From a bacterium (GTDB lineage Bacteria; Zhuqueibacterota; Zhuqueibacteria; Residuimicrobiales; Krinioviventaceae), in assembly GCA_963675755.2 (NCBI GenBank), contig CAXXMD010000002.1, forward strand, positions 64,001 through 128,000: a stretch of DNA of 64,000 bases. The letters are read 5' to 3'. Shown here piece by piece: positions 50,072-59,650 of this stretch. The translations under genes and the position numbers were made by a program. The notes beneath the pieces are model-generated. The model saw only the letters and a list, made by a program, of their open reading frames with translations, ran no database searches and was not told the origin of the DNA. Position 1 is the stretch's first letter, and the number at the start of each line of letters is the position of its first letter.

Positions 50072-50148
50072 CAGTAGCCCGAACATCTTTTCCTGGTTTA
50101 TGAAATTCGGTTTTAAATCCCCGACGAAATGTCCAGACTATAAACTTG
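50072..50148 (+). repeat. 77-bp imperfect palindromic repeat, copy 2
   Basis: cagtagcccgaacat...aatccccgacgaaatgtccagactataaacttg. Confidence 0.85.
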
Positions 50149-50196
50149 TTGAACCTGTCAACTGATTAACCGACCCTTATAAACCGGGATTTTAAT

Positions 50197-50237
50197 TTAT
50201 ATGTGCCCGGCACTACCGAAGTGCCGGGCACATATAA
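50197..50237. repeat. Perfect 18-bp-arm hairpin (REP-like; may also terminate the convergent transcripts)
   Basis: ttatatgtgcccggcact-accga-agtgccgggcacatataa. Confidence 0.85.
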
Positions 50238-50250
50238 CACTGTAAAGTTT

Positions 50251-51561
50251 TTATTTGTTCTCTTCTGCCCAGTCCCACAGCATTTCAATGGCTTTGCCCA
50301 ATACACCTGCTGATCCTCTGAATGTGCCTGCGCCTTTGGGCTCATTGTCTTTGGTGTACCATTCGTAAAATCCATCATTGTCCATTACCCGTTGAATCAT
50401 GGGCCGGATTTCCCGGTAAGCTTCTTTCGCGTATCCATATTCAACCAGCACCTGTATCATTCGTCCGCCAAACCAGGTCCAGTCACCGCCGTTCTGGTAA
50501 ATGTATTCAACGCTCATGTGTTTATTTTTAAAAAATCCGGCAGGATAAGGCGGGTACACAGTCAATCCGATTGTGGGAGCGCCGGATTCGTTAACATTTG
50601 CTACCATTTTGTTGAGCGAAACCAATATTTCTTCATGTGTAAGAATACCCGCTTCAATAGCCACAGCTGTTCCGCCGTGGTAATAGATTGCGTTTTCATC
50701 AAAATCTGCTGGAAAGGGAGAACCGTTGAGATATACATGGGGTATGAACTTTTGTGCTTTTTCGTCCCACAAGTATTTTCTGGCATTGGCTTTGGTTTTA
50801 TCATATACCTGCTGCCAATGCTGTTTTTGGGACGCATCGTCAAGCATCTCAATATAGTTTTGAACAGCAATTAAAAACATGGCATTGTCGTATATGTCGA
50901 TCGCTTTGTGGCTGGTTTCATCCAGTACAACACCCCAATCATGTTCGGGCTGTACATCGCCCCAGTCTGCTGTTGTGGCACCCCAAATGAGTCCATATTT
51001 TTCGTCGTAACGTTCATTCAATAAAAAATTCAATGCCATCTCAAGCCGATCAATAACCTTTTTCCCTGCAATCTCTTGCTGCAATATAGCTTTGTCACCA
51101 GTCGCCCGAATGTATTTGTGGATACATTGCACCAGTGATGCTTCCTGATCGGTTTCTACCGTGTTTTTGTGAGCCAGATATTCAGGCGCCAGATCGGATT
51201 TGATAAAATCATATTTATAGAATGCCTTTTCTACCGGGGCATATCCGTCTACAATGTTACCGTCATTTCCCTGGAATTTGAAAAATGTCAAAATATTTTC
51301 CTTGATGATTTTTTCATCGTATACCTGACAGGACAATTCTACAAACGTGTTAAAATCCCGTATCCAGACTTCGGTATACTTGTCGCCGGCACTAAATCCG
51401 GACTCGAGTATGTCAAGCGCCCGTTCATGTACTTGCACCAATGTGGAATCGTTCAGGATTTGTTGTGCCAATTGCTGGTTCTCTGATTTTGTGCAAGAGC
51501 TAAAATTAAATACTGCAAAACTGATTGATAAAAACAATACTACCCATTTGAGGTTGTTCAT
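50251..51561 (-). CDS. (alpha/alpha)6 glycoside hydrolase-like lipoprotein (amylo-alpha-1,6-glucosidase/six-hairpin type)
   Basis: Lipobox FSSC; 'VWIRDF', 'TADWGDVQPE', 'YQNGGDWTWF', 'GFYEWY'. Confidence 0.7.
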   Translation of the reverse strand: MNNLKWVVLFLSISFAVFNFSSCTKSENQQLAQQILNDSTLVQVHERALDILESGFSAGDKYTEVWIRDFNTFVELSCQVYDEKIIKENILTFFKFQGNDGNIVDGYAPVEKAFYKYDFIKSDLAPEYLAHKNTVETDQEASLVQCIHKYIRATGDKAILQQEIAGKKVIDRLEMALNFLLNERYDEKYGLIWGATTADWGDVQPEHDWGVVLDETSHKAIDIYDNAMFLIAVQNYIEMLDDASQKQHWQQVYDKTKANARKYLWDEKAQKFIPHVYLNGSPFPADFDENAIYYHGGTAVAIEAGILTHEEILVSLNKMVANVNESGAPTIGLTVYPPYPAGFFKNKHMSVEYIYQNGGDWTWFGGRMIQVLVEYGYAKEAYREIRPMIQRVMDNDGFYEWYTKDNEPKGAGTFRGSAGVLGKAIEMLWDWAEENK

Positions 51562-51562
51562 G

Positions 51563-53140
51563 TCATGCCCACCATTTTCGTGTTCGCTTTGGAATATTAT
51601 TTAGTACATCTACTGCTGTATTTACATCATCTACAATCTGGTAATCAAACATACCCACACAAATAAAATCTGCACCGTTTTCAAACGCAAACCGGAAACC
51701 ATCATCAGGTTGAATAGCACCGCCGGCAAGCACTTTGAAACCGATTACCGGTATGTTTTTGCTGTTAATAAATTCTACCGTTTGGTCAGGAAACAGGCAA
51801 AACATATTATCATGGAATTCATCATGGTTGATGGAACGTTTGCCATCTACAGAAAAGGGAATGCGTTTTTCCATGGGGTGCGCGGACCAATATTGATCGT
51901 GATGCAGGGTTTTCATGTAAAAATCAGGAACGAGTCCGGCTTCATCACAGGCAATCAACGCCTGTACCGAGTGAGCACCCAGTCCGGCAGGATATCCTTG
52001 TTTGCGGATATAGTCGATACATTTTGCCAACACATCAATATTGCCTTCTTTGACTCGCCAGTCACAACAGTTGCCCTGAATCTGGATCAGGTCAACACCG
52101 TTGTCTATGACCTTGTCCACATGACTGTAAATGTCATCAGCCGTGGGATGGATCTGGCTGATGGTTTTAATCTTGCCGCCCATTACGGTTTTGTATTTAT
52201 TTATCAGCGGAAACTGAGTATGGGTGATGTTCATGGTATTGATACCTGCCATTTCAGCAAGTTCCAGTGTTTCAAAAACTTTTTTCTCAGTATTGTATGC
52301 TTTGAACAGGGACGAGACATAAATTAAATCCCGGGAATGGGACCATCCCCCAATCAGATTACCACCCATAATGAGTCTGCTGATCTCATGATCACCAATT
52401 TTACCCATAGGGAGCTCACCTTTCAGGTCCTTGAGTTTGCTGTCACTAACCTTGATAGTTGCACCGGTAATGGCGTTGACTTTTTCCCAGTTGTATTTTT
52501 TTATAACACCATAAACAAATCCACCCAGAATGGGGAGAGTGACCAAATTTTTCATCACCTCGCGACGATCCATGTTCAGATATGCGGGCTTTGCAGGTTG
52601 TTTGTGTTTAGGTGTCATTTTGGTTTGCAGGTTATTCAGGTTGTCTTTGAGACTAAAATATAGTATAAACCTGTCCAGTCCGAAAAAAAGTCCTGACGGA
52701 AAAACCGCGACAATTGCCAAAGCTGCCATTTCAACCAGATTCTTGTTTACCAGCAGATAATGCCCCTCTTGAGGAATCCCGAATGTTGTTCCAACAAATG
52801 GTGGATTGGCCAAATAAAAAAGTGCCAGAAAGCCTATACCTGCAATTGCCCAAACACGGGTAAAAAGCCCCAAAAGCAATCCTAATCCCACAAGTGTTAA
52901 TCCCCACATGTTGACAAAATCCACAAACTGTAATACAAAAGCGTTGGATGCCATCCAGTGAAATAATCCTGAAAAGATCCATCGGGAGCTTTGCAGGTAT
53001 GCGGCTGCGGACCAGTCAGGTATCAGTATTTTGGATATGCCTTCATACAGAAAATGCCAGCCAATAACCATACGTAAAACAGCAAGTAATGTGGATTGAA
53101 GTGTTGAAAAATTGTTCCCCTTTTCGTCAATAGCATTCAT
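51563..53140 (-). CDS. DoxX-family membrane domain fused to an aldo/keto-reductase-like TIM barrel
   Basis: 'LRMVIGWHFLYEG.SK', 'NKNLVE', 'GLDR'; then 'G.IG...ISRLIMGGN', 'GAHS', 'FKVLAGG', 'GADFICVGM'. Confidence 0.8.
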   Translation of the reverse strand: MNAIDEKGNNFSTLQSTLLAVLRMVIGWHFLYEGISKILIPDWSAAAYLQSSRWIFSGLFHWMASNAFVLQFVDFVNMWGLTLVGLGLLLGLFTRVWAIAGIGFLALFYLANPPFVGTTFGIPQEGHYLLVNKNLVEMAALAIVAVFPSGLFFGLDRFILYFSLKDNLNNLQTKMTPKHKQPAKPAYLNMDRREVMKNLVTLPILGGFVYGVIKKYNWEKVNAITGATIKVSDSKLKDLKGELPMGKIGDHEISRLIMGGNLIGGWSHSRDLIYVSSLFKAYNTEKKVFETLELAEMAGINTMNITHTQFPLINKYKTVMGGKIKTISQIHPTADDIYSHVDKVIDNGVDLIQIQGNCCDWRVKEGNIDVLAKCIDYIRKQGYPAGLGAHSVQALIACDEAGLVPDFYMKTLHHDQYWSAHPMEKRIPFSVDGKRSINHDEFHDNMFCLFPDQTVEFINSKNIPVIGFKVLAGGAIQPDDGFRFAFENGADFICVGMFDYQIVDDVNTAVDVLNNIPKRTRKWWA

Positions 53141-53307
53141 TATCCCTCTTTTCCCTTGAACTTCCGAACCTCTTTTCGGAATATACAAAATAATGTAATT
53201 GAGGGCAATTAAAAGTCTTGAAATTTATTGAATTGATAGGTACACCTTTGTATTATTTTATGAAAATGAATTGTTAAATAGGATATATAATGGTATTTAT
53301 TTTTTTT

Positions 53308-53337
53308 TGTCACACTTGTTCTTTATAGATGTCTAAT
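53308..53337 (+). promoter_or_regulatory. Candidate ECF-type (autoregulatory) promoter
   Basis: TGTCACA-N15-TGTCTAA just upstream of the ECF gene RBS; resembles the TGTCACA...CGTC ECF promoter type. Confidence 0.5.
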
Positions 53338-53353
53338 GATTAGGAGGTTGGAT

Positions 53354-54243
53354 ATGAAAAATCCATTATTAGATAAAACGGATCAAGATAAAAAAGATAA
53401 TATTTTGATTCAATCAGCCCTTGAGGGTGATAAAGCATCTTTGGAAATATTAATAAAACGTCATCAAGACTGGATTTATAATATTGCATTACGAATGGTT
53501 TGGGATCCCGAAGATGCTAAAGATGTGACACAGGAAGTGTTGATCAAGATAATAACACATTTATCCGGATTTAAAGGGAAAAGTAGTTTTAGAACCTGGG
53601 CTTATCGGATTGTTACCAATCATGTTTGAATATGAAAAAAAGAGGTATGGAAAAACATGAATTGAGCTTTAGCAGCTATGGCAAGAGCATTGATGAAACA
53701 CCTGATCTTGACTTGCCGGATGAAGCTACATTGCCTGTAGATCTTCAAGTCATTCTGGATGAAACTTATATTCATTGTATGATGGCCATGTTATTATGTC
53801 TAAACAGAGACCAACGTTTAGTATTTATTCTTGGTGAAGTTTTTGGAGTGAGTGATACAATTGGTAGTGAAATTACACAATTCAGCAAGGATAATTTCAG
53901 GCAGAAATTATCCCGGGCTCGTAAAAGAGTTTATCAATTCATGCAGCAAAAATGTGGTTTGATTGATTCTAATAATCCCTGTAAATGTCATAATAAAGTA
54001 TCCGCTATGATTAATAATCGTGAACTCGATCCTGAAAAGTTGCGATTCAATACAAACTATTATAAAAAGATCCGTTCTGTTTGTGCTGTTAAATCTGAAA
54101 AGCTGGATAATTTACTCGAAGAAAAAAGTCGTCAACTTTTTCGTGAGCATCCCTTTCAAGAGTCCCCGGATTTTGTTGAATCGTTGCAAGATATATTGTC
54201 CAGTAAAGAGTTTGATGATATTTTTTCTTTCAATAAGAATTAA
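53354..54243 (+). pseudogene. ECF RNA polymerase sigma-70 factor with Cys-rich C-terminal extension, split by a 1-nt frameshift at 53625-53627
   Basis: Region 2 'DAKDVTQEVLIK...F.G.SSFRTWAYRI..NHV'; next frame gives 'LNMKKR...L..DQR.VF...NFRQKLSRARK', 'CGL....PCKC'; AGGAGG RBS. Confidence 0.88.
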
Positions 54244-54262
54244 CCTTTAGAGGAGTTTTATT

Positions 54263-56305
54263 ATGTTTAAAAAAATATGGGTTATTTTATTAATATATTC
54301 ATCTATTTTATTTTCATCGATTGTCCATGTACCCGATCAGGTTACTTTGATTCAAGAAGGAATAAATATTGCTCAAGAAGGAGATACGGTTCTGGTGGCC
54401 CGTGGGAGATATTTTGAAAATATTAATTTTAGGGGTAAGGATATTGTTGTTGCAAGCAATTACATTATTTCTCTTGATCCTGTGGATATAGATTCTACAA
54501 TAATTGATGGAAGCCAGCCGGTTCATGCGGATACGGCCAGTTGTGTGTTGATTGTATCACGTGAAACGCGTGATGCAGTTTTAGAAGGATTCACATTAAC
54601 AGGGGGGACTGGTACCAAATGGACAGACGAACATGGATTCGGAATTTATTATGAAGGGGGTGGCATTTTAATAACACGTTCATCACCTACTATCCGAAAC
54701 AATATAATAAAAAATAATGAAGCGATTCGCAAAGATGCTGAAACAACCAGCGCGGGTGGGGGAGGAATTCGTTGTGGTGATGGAGCACCGTTGATTTACG
54801 GAAATTTAATTCGGGATAATAAAGGTATGTACGGCGCAGGAATTGTTATGAATTTTGCCAGTGGTGAGATCGAGCATAATGTTATTTTGAATAATATAGT
54901 TTATAATGCAGTAGAGAATACATCGACATTTGGCGGTGGTGGAATATGGATTTATGGAGATGGGGCCAGAACATATGTACGTAATAATACAATTGTTGGA
55001 AATCAGGCAATTGATGATCCAAGTGGAGTCAGTGGACGTGGAGGTGGTATTTTAGTATATGCTACACCTGCCACAATACAAAACAATATAATTTGTGACA
55101 ATGTACAGAAAAAAGATGGACAAATTTATGTAACAGCTACTGAAGCCAGAATTGAGTTCAATAATATTATGGATTTTGGAAATGACACTCTGACACATAA
55201 TATAGATGTGGATCCATTGTTCTGTGATTCTGGAAATGATGTATTTACATTGGCCGAAAACTCGCCATGTATTGGTGTTGGTATGGATGGTGATACTCTG
55301 GGAGCATTGGATGTCTCATGTGGCGTTAAAATGGTTACCAAAGATGTTAAAGCATGGATAAATTATGGTGAAATTTTGGATACAATGCATTTTACAGCTA
55401 CCCTTTCGAATCCTGATAATCATAATGTACGTTGTTTTGCTATAATTAATGATATAAATGCAGCCATGATAGACTCTGTTGAATTGTTCCGGGTAGATAT
55501 GGGAGTTGGAAATATATTTGGTATATGGCAAGGTATTGCTGAAAACTGGGACAATGAATCTACATATATCGTGAAATCAAGATGTTACGATTTGGATGAT
55601 AATCAGATATACAATAGTTACGATTCAACCTATGTTACTACAACGGGTCCGGTTGTGTACCAATCTTATGCTTTGCCATTTGCTCAACACCCGCCTGTAC
55701 CCGGGGAGGATATCTATTTTCAACTAACATTGAAAAATACCGGCACTTTGTCCGATGTTAAAGATATTTTTGTAGAGGCCGTGCCAGGCGATAATAGTTA
55801 CGTGAAAACCTTTTGGAGTCAGCCGATGCATTATGGAGATATTGCTCCAGGTGATTCAGTTACCAGTGAGAGTACATATTGGATTGAAGTAAGTCCCGAT
55901 TGCCCTGGAAATGTTGATATCCCGGTTTATATTAATATTGCGAGCAATGGTGTATTCTATTGGCAAGACAGTTTAACAATATATGTAGATTTTCCTACCT
56001 TTGTGGATGAATCCAACAATAAACCCAATACTTATAAATTGTACAAAAATTATCCAAATCCTTTTAATCCGACAACATGCATTGCATTTGACATCCCAAA
56101 TAAAGAATTTGCAACCCTTGAAATCTATAATATAAGAGGCAGTAAAGTTAAAACATTAATCCGAGGCATTCTGGATAAAGGCCATTATAATCAGATATGG
56201 AATGGGAAAAATGATGCAGGTATTTCAGTCAGTGGTGGTGTTTATATATATAAATTGACTTTGGATGGTTTTGAGGAAACTGCAAAAATGATGTTATTAA
56301 AATAA
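54263..56305 (+). CDS. Secreted right-handed beta-helix (pectin-lyase fold, GGG/N repeats) protein with T9SS type A-like CTD
   Basis: 'IQEGI..A..GDTVLV..G.Y.ENI', repeated 'GGGI...N.I..N', 'L...SPCIG.G', 'NYPNPFNP...KMMLLK'. Confidence 0.85.
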   Translation: MFKKIWVILLIYSSILFSSIVHVPDQVTLIQEGINIAQEGDTVLVARGRYFENINFRGKDIVVASNYIISLDPVDIDSTIIDGSQPVHADTASCVLIVSRETRDAVLEGFTLTGGTGTKWTDEHGFGIYYEGGGILITRSSPTIRNNIIKNNEAIRKDAETTSAGGGGIRCGDGAPLIYGNLIRDNKGMYGAGIVMNFASGEIEHNVILNNIVYNAVENTSTFGGGGIWIYGDGARTYVRNNTIVGNQAIDDPSGVSGRGGGILVYATPATIQNNIICDNVQKKDGQIYVTATEARIEFNNIMDFGNDTLTHNIDVDPLFCDSGNDVFTLAENSPCIGVGMDGDTLGALDVSCGVKMVTKDVKAWINYGEILDTMHFTATLSNPDNHNVRCFAIINDINAAMIDSVELFRVDMGVGNIFGIWQGIAENWDNESTYIVKSRCYDLDDNQIYNSYDSTYVTTTGPVVYQSYALPFAQHPPVPGEDIYFQLTLKNTGTLSDVKDIFVEAVPGDNSYVKTFWSQPMHYGDIAPGDSVTSESTYWIEVSPDCPGNVDIPVYINIASNGVFYWQDSLTIYVDFPTFVDESNNKPNTYKLYKNYPNPFNPTTCIAFDIPNKEFATLEIYNIRGSKVKTLIRGILDKGHYNQIWNGKNDAGISVSGGVYIYKLTLDGFEETAKMMLLK

Positions 56306-56381
56306 TAGGTTGATTTCATTGATCTTCATGTGTAACTTTTATCCCAATGTTAATGACTACTGAATTTACCCGAGGTGATTG

Positions 56382-57677
56382 ATGAAATTTGCACAATTAA
56401 TTCTAGTCTTCTTGTTGTTTATGGTATTATTTAGCTGCACTCAAAAGGATAAAGAAATCCAGTATGAATTCATTTTCCCGAGTGTAAAAGAATTACCGGT
56501 TCAAAATATACTACCTGATCCATTTATTATGTATGACGGATCGCGTGTGACCACTCTTAAAGATTGGGAAAACCAACGCAAGTATTTAAAGGCAATGCTG
56601 ATACATTATCAATACGGCGAAATGCCTCCCAAACCTGAATTTACTGTAGTAAAAGTCGACTCGAATTGTATTATGGACGGGCAATGTATTGAACAATTGA
56701 TGAAAATGATCATTAAACGGAATGGGAAGACTGCCGAGGTACGATTTGGTATACATCGGCCAAACAAGCCGGGCAGATATCCGGTCATTGTCAAGAATGA
56801 CCGGTTCCGTTTTAATCTCGATGATATTCGGGATGAAACAATACGGCAGCAATATAGTGATAGCTATAAATATCCGGTGGAACAGATTGTTGCAAAAGAG
56901 GCTTTAAAACGTGATTATGTGATTTGTAAATTTATAAGAGATGATGTTGCTGATGATATTATTGAAACCCGAAATACTGGAGTATTTCCGCTTTATCCTG
57001 AATATGATTTTGCCACTATTGCAGCCTGGGCGTGGTTTTATCAACCTCTTATAGATTATTTGATTAATCAGGATTATATTGACAGTAACCGAATTGTAGC
57101 AACAGGACATTCCCGTGGTGGTAAAACTGCACTTGCTGCCGGGATATTTGATGAACGCATTGCTGTTACGGTACCCAATTCATCAGGAACAGGAGGGACT
57201 GGCAGTTGGAAATATTTTGATTCTGAACGTAAACCTCAGAATATAAAATCTCATATTGGGAAGCATGATTACTGGTGGGTAAACAGGATTTTTGATTTTG
57301 CAGAAAATGATAGTAAGCTGCCTTTTGATTCTCATTTTCATAGAGCACTCATTGCTCCAAGAGCGCTTTTAAATCCCCATGCCAGACAGGATTACTGGGC
57401 AAATCCATACGGTACATATTTGACCTATCTGGCCGCTCATAAAGTATTTGACTGGATGGGAGTTCCTGAAAATAATGCAATACACTGGCGGCAAGGCGGC
57501 CATGGTCAGCTTGAAGAGGATTGGTTGGCATTGTTTGATTATTGTGATTTGATTTTTTTCAATAAACCCACAAATCAGGTTTTTAATGCGCCACATGATC
57601 CAGAATTTAAAGATAATCCGAAATATGAGAACTGGCCCTCATTGTGGCCGTGGGAAGCACCCCCGGTTCAAAAGTAA
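56382..57677 (+). CDS. CE15 glucuronoyl esterase-like alpha/beta hydrolase lipoprotein
   Basis: Lipobox LFSC; 'LPDPF', 'AAWAW', 'GHSRGGK', 'LPFDSH...ALIAPR', 'D.WANP'. Confidence 0.88.
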   Translation: MKFAQLILVFLLFMVLFSCTQKDKEIQYEFIFPSVKELPVQNILPDPFIMYDGSRVTTLKDWENQRKYLKAMLIHYQYGEMPPKPEFTVVKVDSNCIMDGQCIEQLMKMIIKRNGKTAEVRFGIHRPNKPGRYPVIVKNDRFRFNLDDIRDETIRQQYSDSYKYPVEQIVAKEALKRDYVICKFIRDDVADDIIETRNTGVFPLYPEYDFATIAAWAWFYQPLIDYLINQDYIDSNRIVATGHSRGGKTALAAGIFDERIAVTVPNSSGTGGTGSWKYFDSERKPQNIKSHIGKHDYWWVNRIFDFAENDSKLPFDSHFHRALIAPRALLNPHARQDYWANPYGTYLTYLAAHKVFDWMGVPENNAIHWRQGGHGQLEEDWLALFDYCDLIFFNKPTNQVFNAPHDPEFKDNPKYENWPSLWPWEAPPVQK

Positions 57678-57735
57678 TTGAGAAATTGAGAGTTGAACAT
57701 ATTTTTTTACATTCTCGAGTTATCGAAAAATAATT

Positions 57736-59037
57736 CTATTGTTTGTATCGATTGATCATTATTGCCCGTTTACCGGATTGAAGGCGGGGAATCTGGTCTA
57801 CAAAATCCAGAATGATATTGGCATTTTGACCAAAAAGTTTCTTGTATTGCGAAATGAGTAAATCTTGTAGATTGAATTCCGGTTTTACCTGTAATTTTAT
57901 CCGGTAGGTATCGCTGGTTTCCTGTATGATCTGATATTGTATAACCCCTTCGGTCAACTCGCGGGACTTGTCAATAGCTCCGTATATTGCACCATAGTTA
58001 ACATATGAACCGTCAGTGTTGAACAATTTTTCGGTAATTCTACCATGGAATGTTTTAAGAGAAAGGATGTTGGAACCGGAATTGAACGGCACATCCCATT
58101 CCGCACTGTCTCCAATTTCATACCGGATCAGCGGCATGGCATGCGAAAACAGGTCCGTTATTACAATTCTTCCCGGCACTCCGGGGTCAACGGGTACATC
58201 CTTGTTCATATCCAGAATTTCAATATGATGAGATGTAAAATTGATTGTATAGTTGCCCTGCCGGGGATTTTCATGAGCAACGACTCCCAGCTCTTCAGTT
58301 GCATATCGGTTCAATACGGTACATCCAAATACATTTTTAAATGCATTTCGGGCTCTTTCTGTTAGCGTCTCACCGCTGCTGATGATTCCTTTTAAATGAA
58401 AATCCTTTGGTGTATCACCCTGGCGTTGACACCATTCCGCAATTTCAAGAAGCGGAGTAGGATATGATATTATGAACTGAATTTTTTTGGCTTTAAGCTT
58501 TTGCCGCTGTGTTTCTTTCCATTCATCATTAACATGGGTAGGATCCATGGGTACAAGATTTTTACTGACTTGCTGCCATTTTGTGAATTGTTTAGGACGG
58601 ATTTGCGTATAGCGCATTCCGATTTTGTAACCGGCCCAGCGATTAAAATAGATCAGTTCTGCCATTCGTCTGGCAAATTTATCGGGTGTTACATAATAGT
58701 GAAAAGGGATGCCATAAGAACCACTTGTGGTTCTGCCCAGCAAATTACTCCTGTCATATTTTACAGAAAACAGTTCCTCATAATGATCTTTGAGATCATT
58801 CTTGGTAATAACCGGAAAATCAGCAAGGTTATTGATTTTTTTATACTGTCTGTAATATGGGGAGGTGGTAGTAGCAAATTTTAGAATGTCATTTAAACGA
58901 ATTTCATGAATTGTTGAATGGTGTGCGGGATTTTGATATGCTTGTTCAATATCATTCAAGTGGTTTTTAATCAATCCACCATTCAGAGAGTCTTTGATCC
59001 AAAATGCCTGGTTGCGAAATGATTGTCCCCAATACAT
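57736..59037 (-). CDS. Phenylacetate-CoA ligase / CapK-like adenylate-forming protein
   Basis: 'FPVITK', 'TTSGSYG.P', 'SSGETL', 'RYATEE', 'AMPLIRYEIGD', 'SGKR'. Confidence 0.85.
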   Translation of the reverse strand: MYWGQSFRNQAFWIKDSLNGGLIKNHLNDIEQAYQNPAHHSTIHEIRLNDILKFATTTSPYYRQYKKINNLADFPVITKNDLKDHYEELFSVKYDRSNLLGRTTSGSYGIPFHYYVTPDKFARRMAELIYFNRWAGYKIGMRYTQIRPKQFTKWQQVSKNLVPMDPTHVNDEWKETQRQKLKAKKIQFIISYPTPLLEIAEWCQRQGDTPKDFHLKGIISSGETLTERARNAFKNVFGCTVLNRYATEELGVVAHENPRQGNYTINFTSHHIEILDMNKDVPVDPGVPGRIVITDLFSHAMPLIRYEIGDSAEWDVPFNSGSNILSLKTFHGRITEKLFNTDGSYVNYGAIYGAIDKSRELTEGVIQYQIIQETSDTYRIKLQVKPEFNLQDLLISQYKKLFGQNANIILDFVDQIPRLQSGKRAIMINRYKQ

Positions 59038-59076
59038 GTTTACCTCATTAATTACTGTATCTTTTTTGTCGTAAAT

Positions 59077-59117
59077 AAAAAATCTCCCCCCGATATCATA
59101 AATTTCCGGGGGGAGAT
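59077..59117 (-). terminator. Rho-independent terminator after the OMP gene
   Basis: atctccccccg...cggggggagat stem followed by a T tract on the minus strand. Confidence 0.75.
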
Positions 59118-59122
59118 ATATA

Positions 59123-59650
59123 TTAGAATCTAAACCCCATACTTAGAGACGTGCCCCAACCGAGATAATCGAGTCCATCACTGAAAAATCTTGCACCAAA
59201 GCTATAAAATAAACGATTTGTTACAAGAAAATCAGTACCTACACCGGTTAAATAATTTAAATTATTTTTAGTATTGGCTCTGTTATGATCCAGTAATTGA
59301 CTCATACTCAGACCATAACTAATATAAGGTGAAAACTTCCATACCTGTACAGGATAAAAAAGCGCTGATAATGATGTTTGAAGATTTAATTCTTCTTTTG
59401 CATTTTGATATGCATTGCCCTGTAAACTTTCATTTGCCAGTTGCAAAGCAACATCCTGATTGATATGATATCGAAGCTGGAAACCAATTGATAATGGATC
59501 TTTAAGAGATGTCAATTGATTCTGAGAATCATTTTGATCACCATAATACCCGGTTTGTATTGCAAAGTTGAATTTTCCGGATTGTGAAAAAGCTGTGCCT
59601 GAGACAATCAACAAAGCACAAATCAAAGATAATAGTATCATATTTTTCAT
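59123..59650 (-). CDS. Small outer-membrane beta-barrel protein
   Basis: Signal peptide; alternating strands, 'FSPYISYG', terminal 'MGFRF'; AGGAG RBS. Confidence 0.75.
   Translation of the reverse strand: MKNMILLSLICALLIVSGTAFSQSGKFNFAIQTGYYGDQNDSQNQLTSLKDPLSIGFQLRYHINQDVALQLANESLQGNAYQNAKEELNLQTSLSALFYPVQVWKFSPYISYGLSMSQLLDHNRANTKNNLNYLTGVGTDFLVTNRLFYSFGARFFSDGLDYLGWGTSLSMGFRF

Noticed and set aside
49507-50148. Canonical integron attC sites or a CRISPR array
   Set aside because: No RYYYAAC/GTTRRRY cores, no intI or cas genes, only two 77-bp copies, and the 'spacer' is a whole gene.
27745-53630. Programmed ribosomal frameshifting in ftcd, hutU or the ECF gene
   Set aside because: No slippery heptamer or stimulatory structure seen. 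All three are single-base indels in short homopolymers, typical of long-read error.
56331-56359. ECF-like promoter TGTAAC...GACTA upstream of CE15
   Set aside because: Weak match in AT-rich DNA, and it differs from the motif upstream of the local ECF gene.
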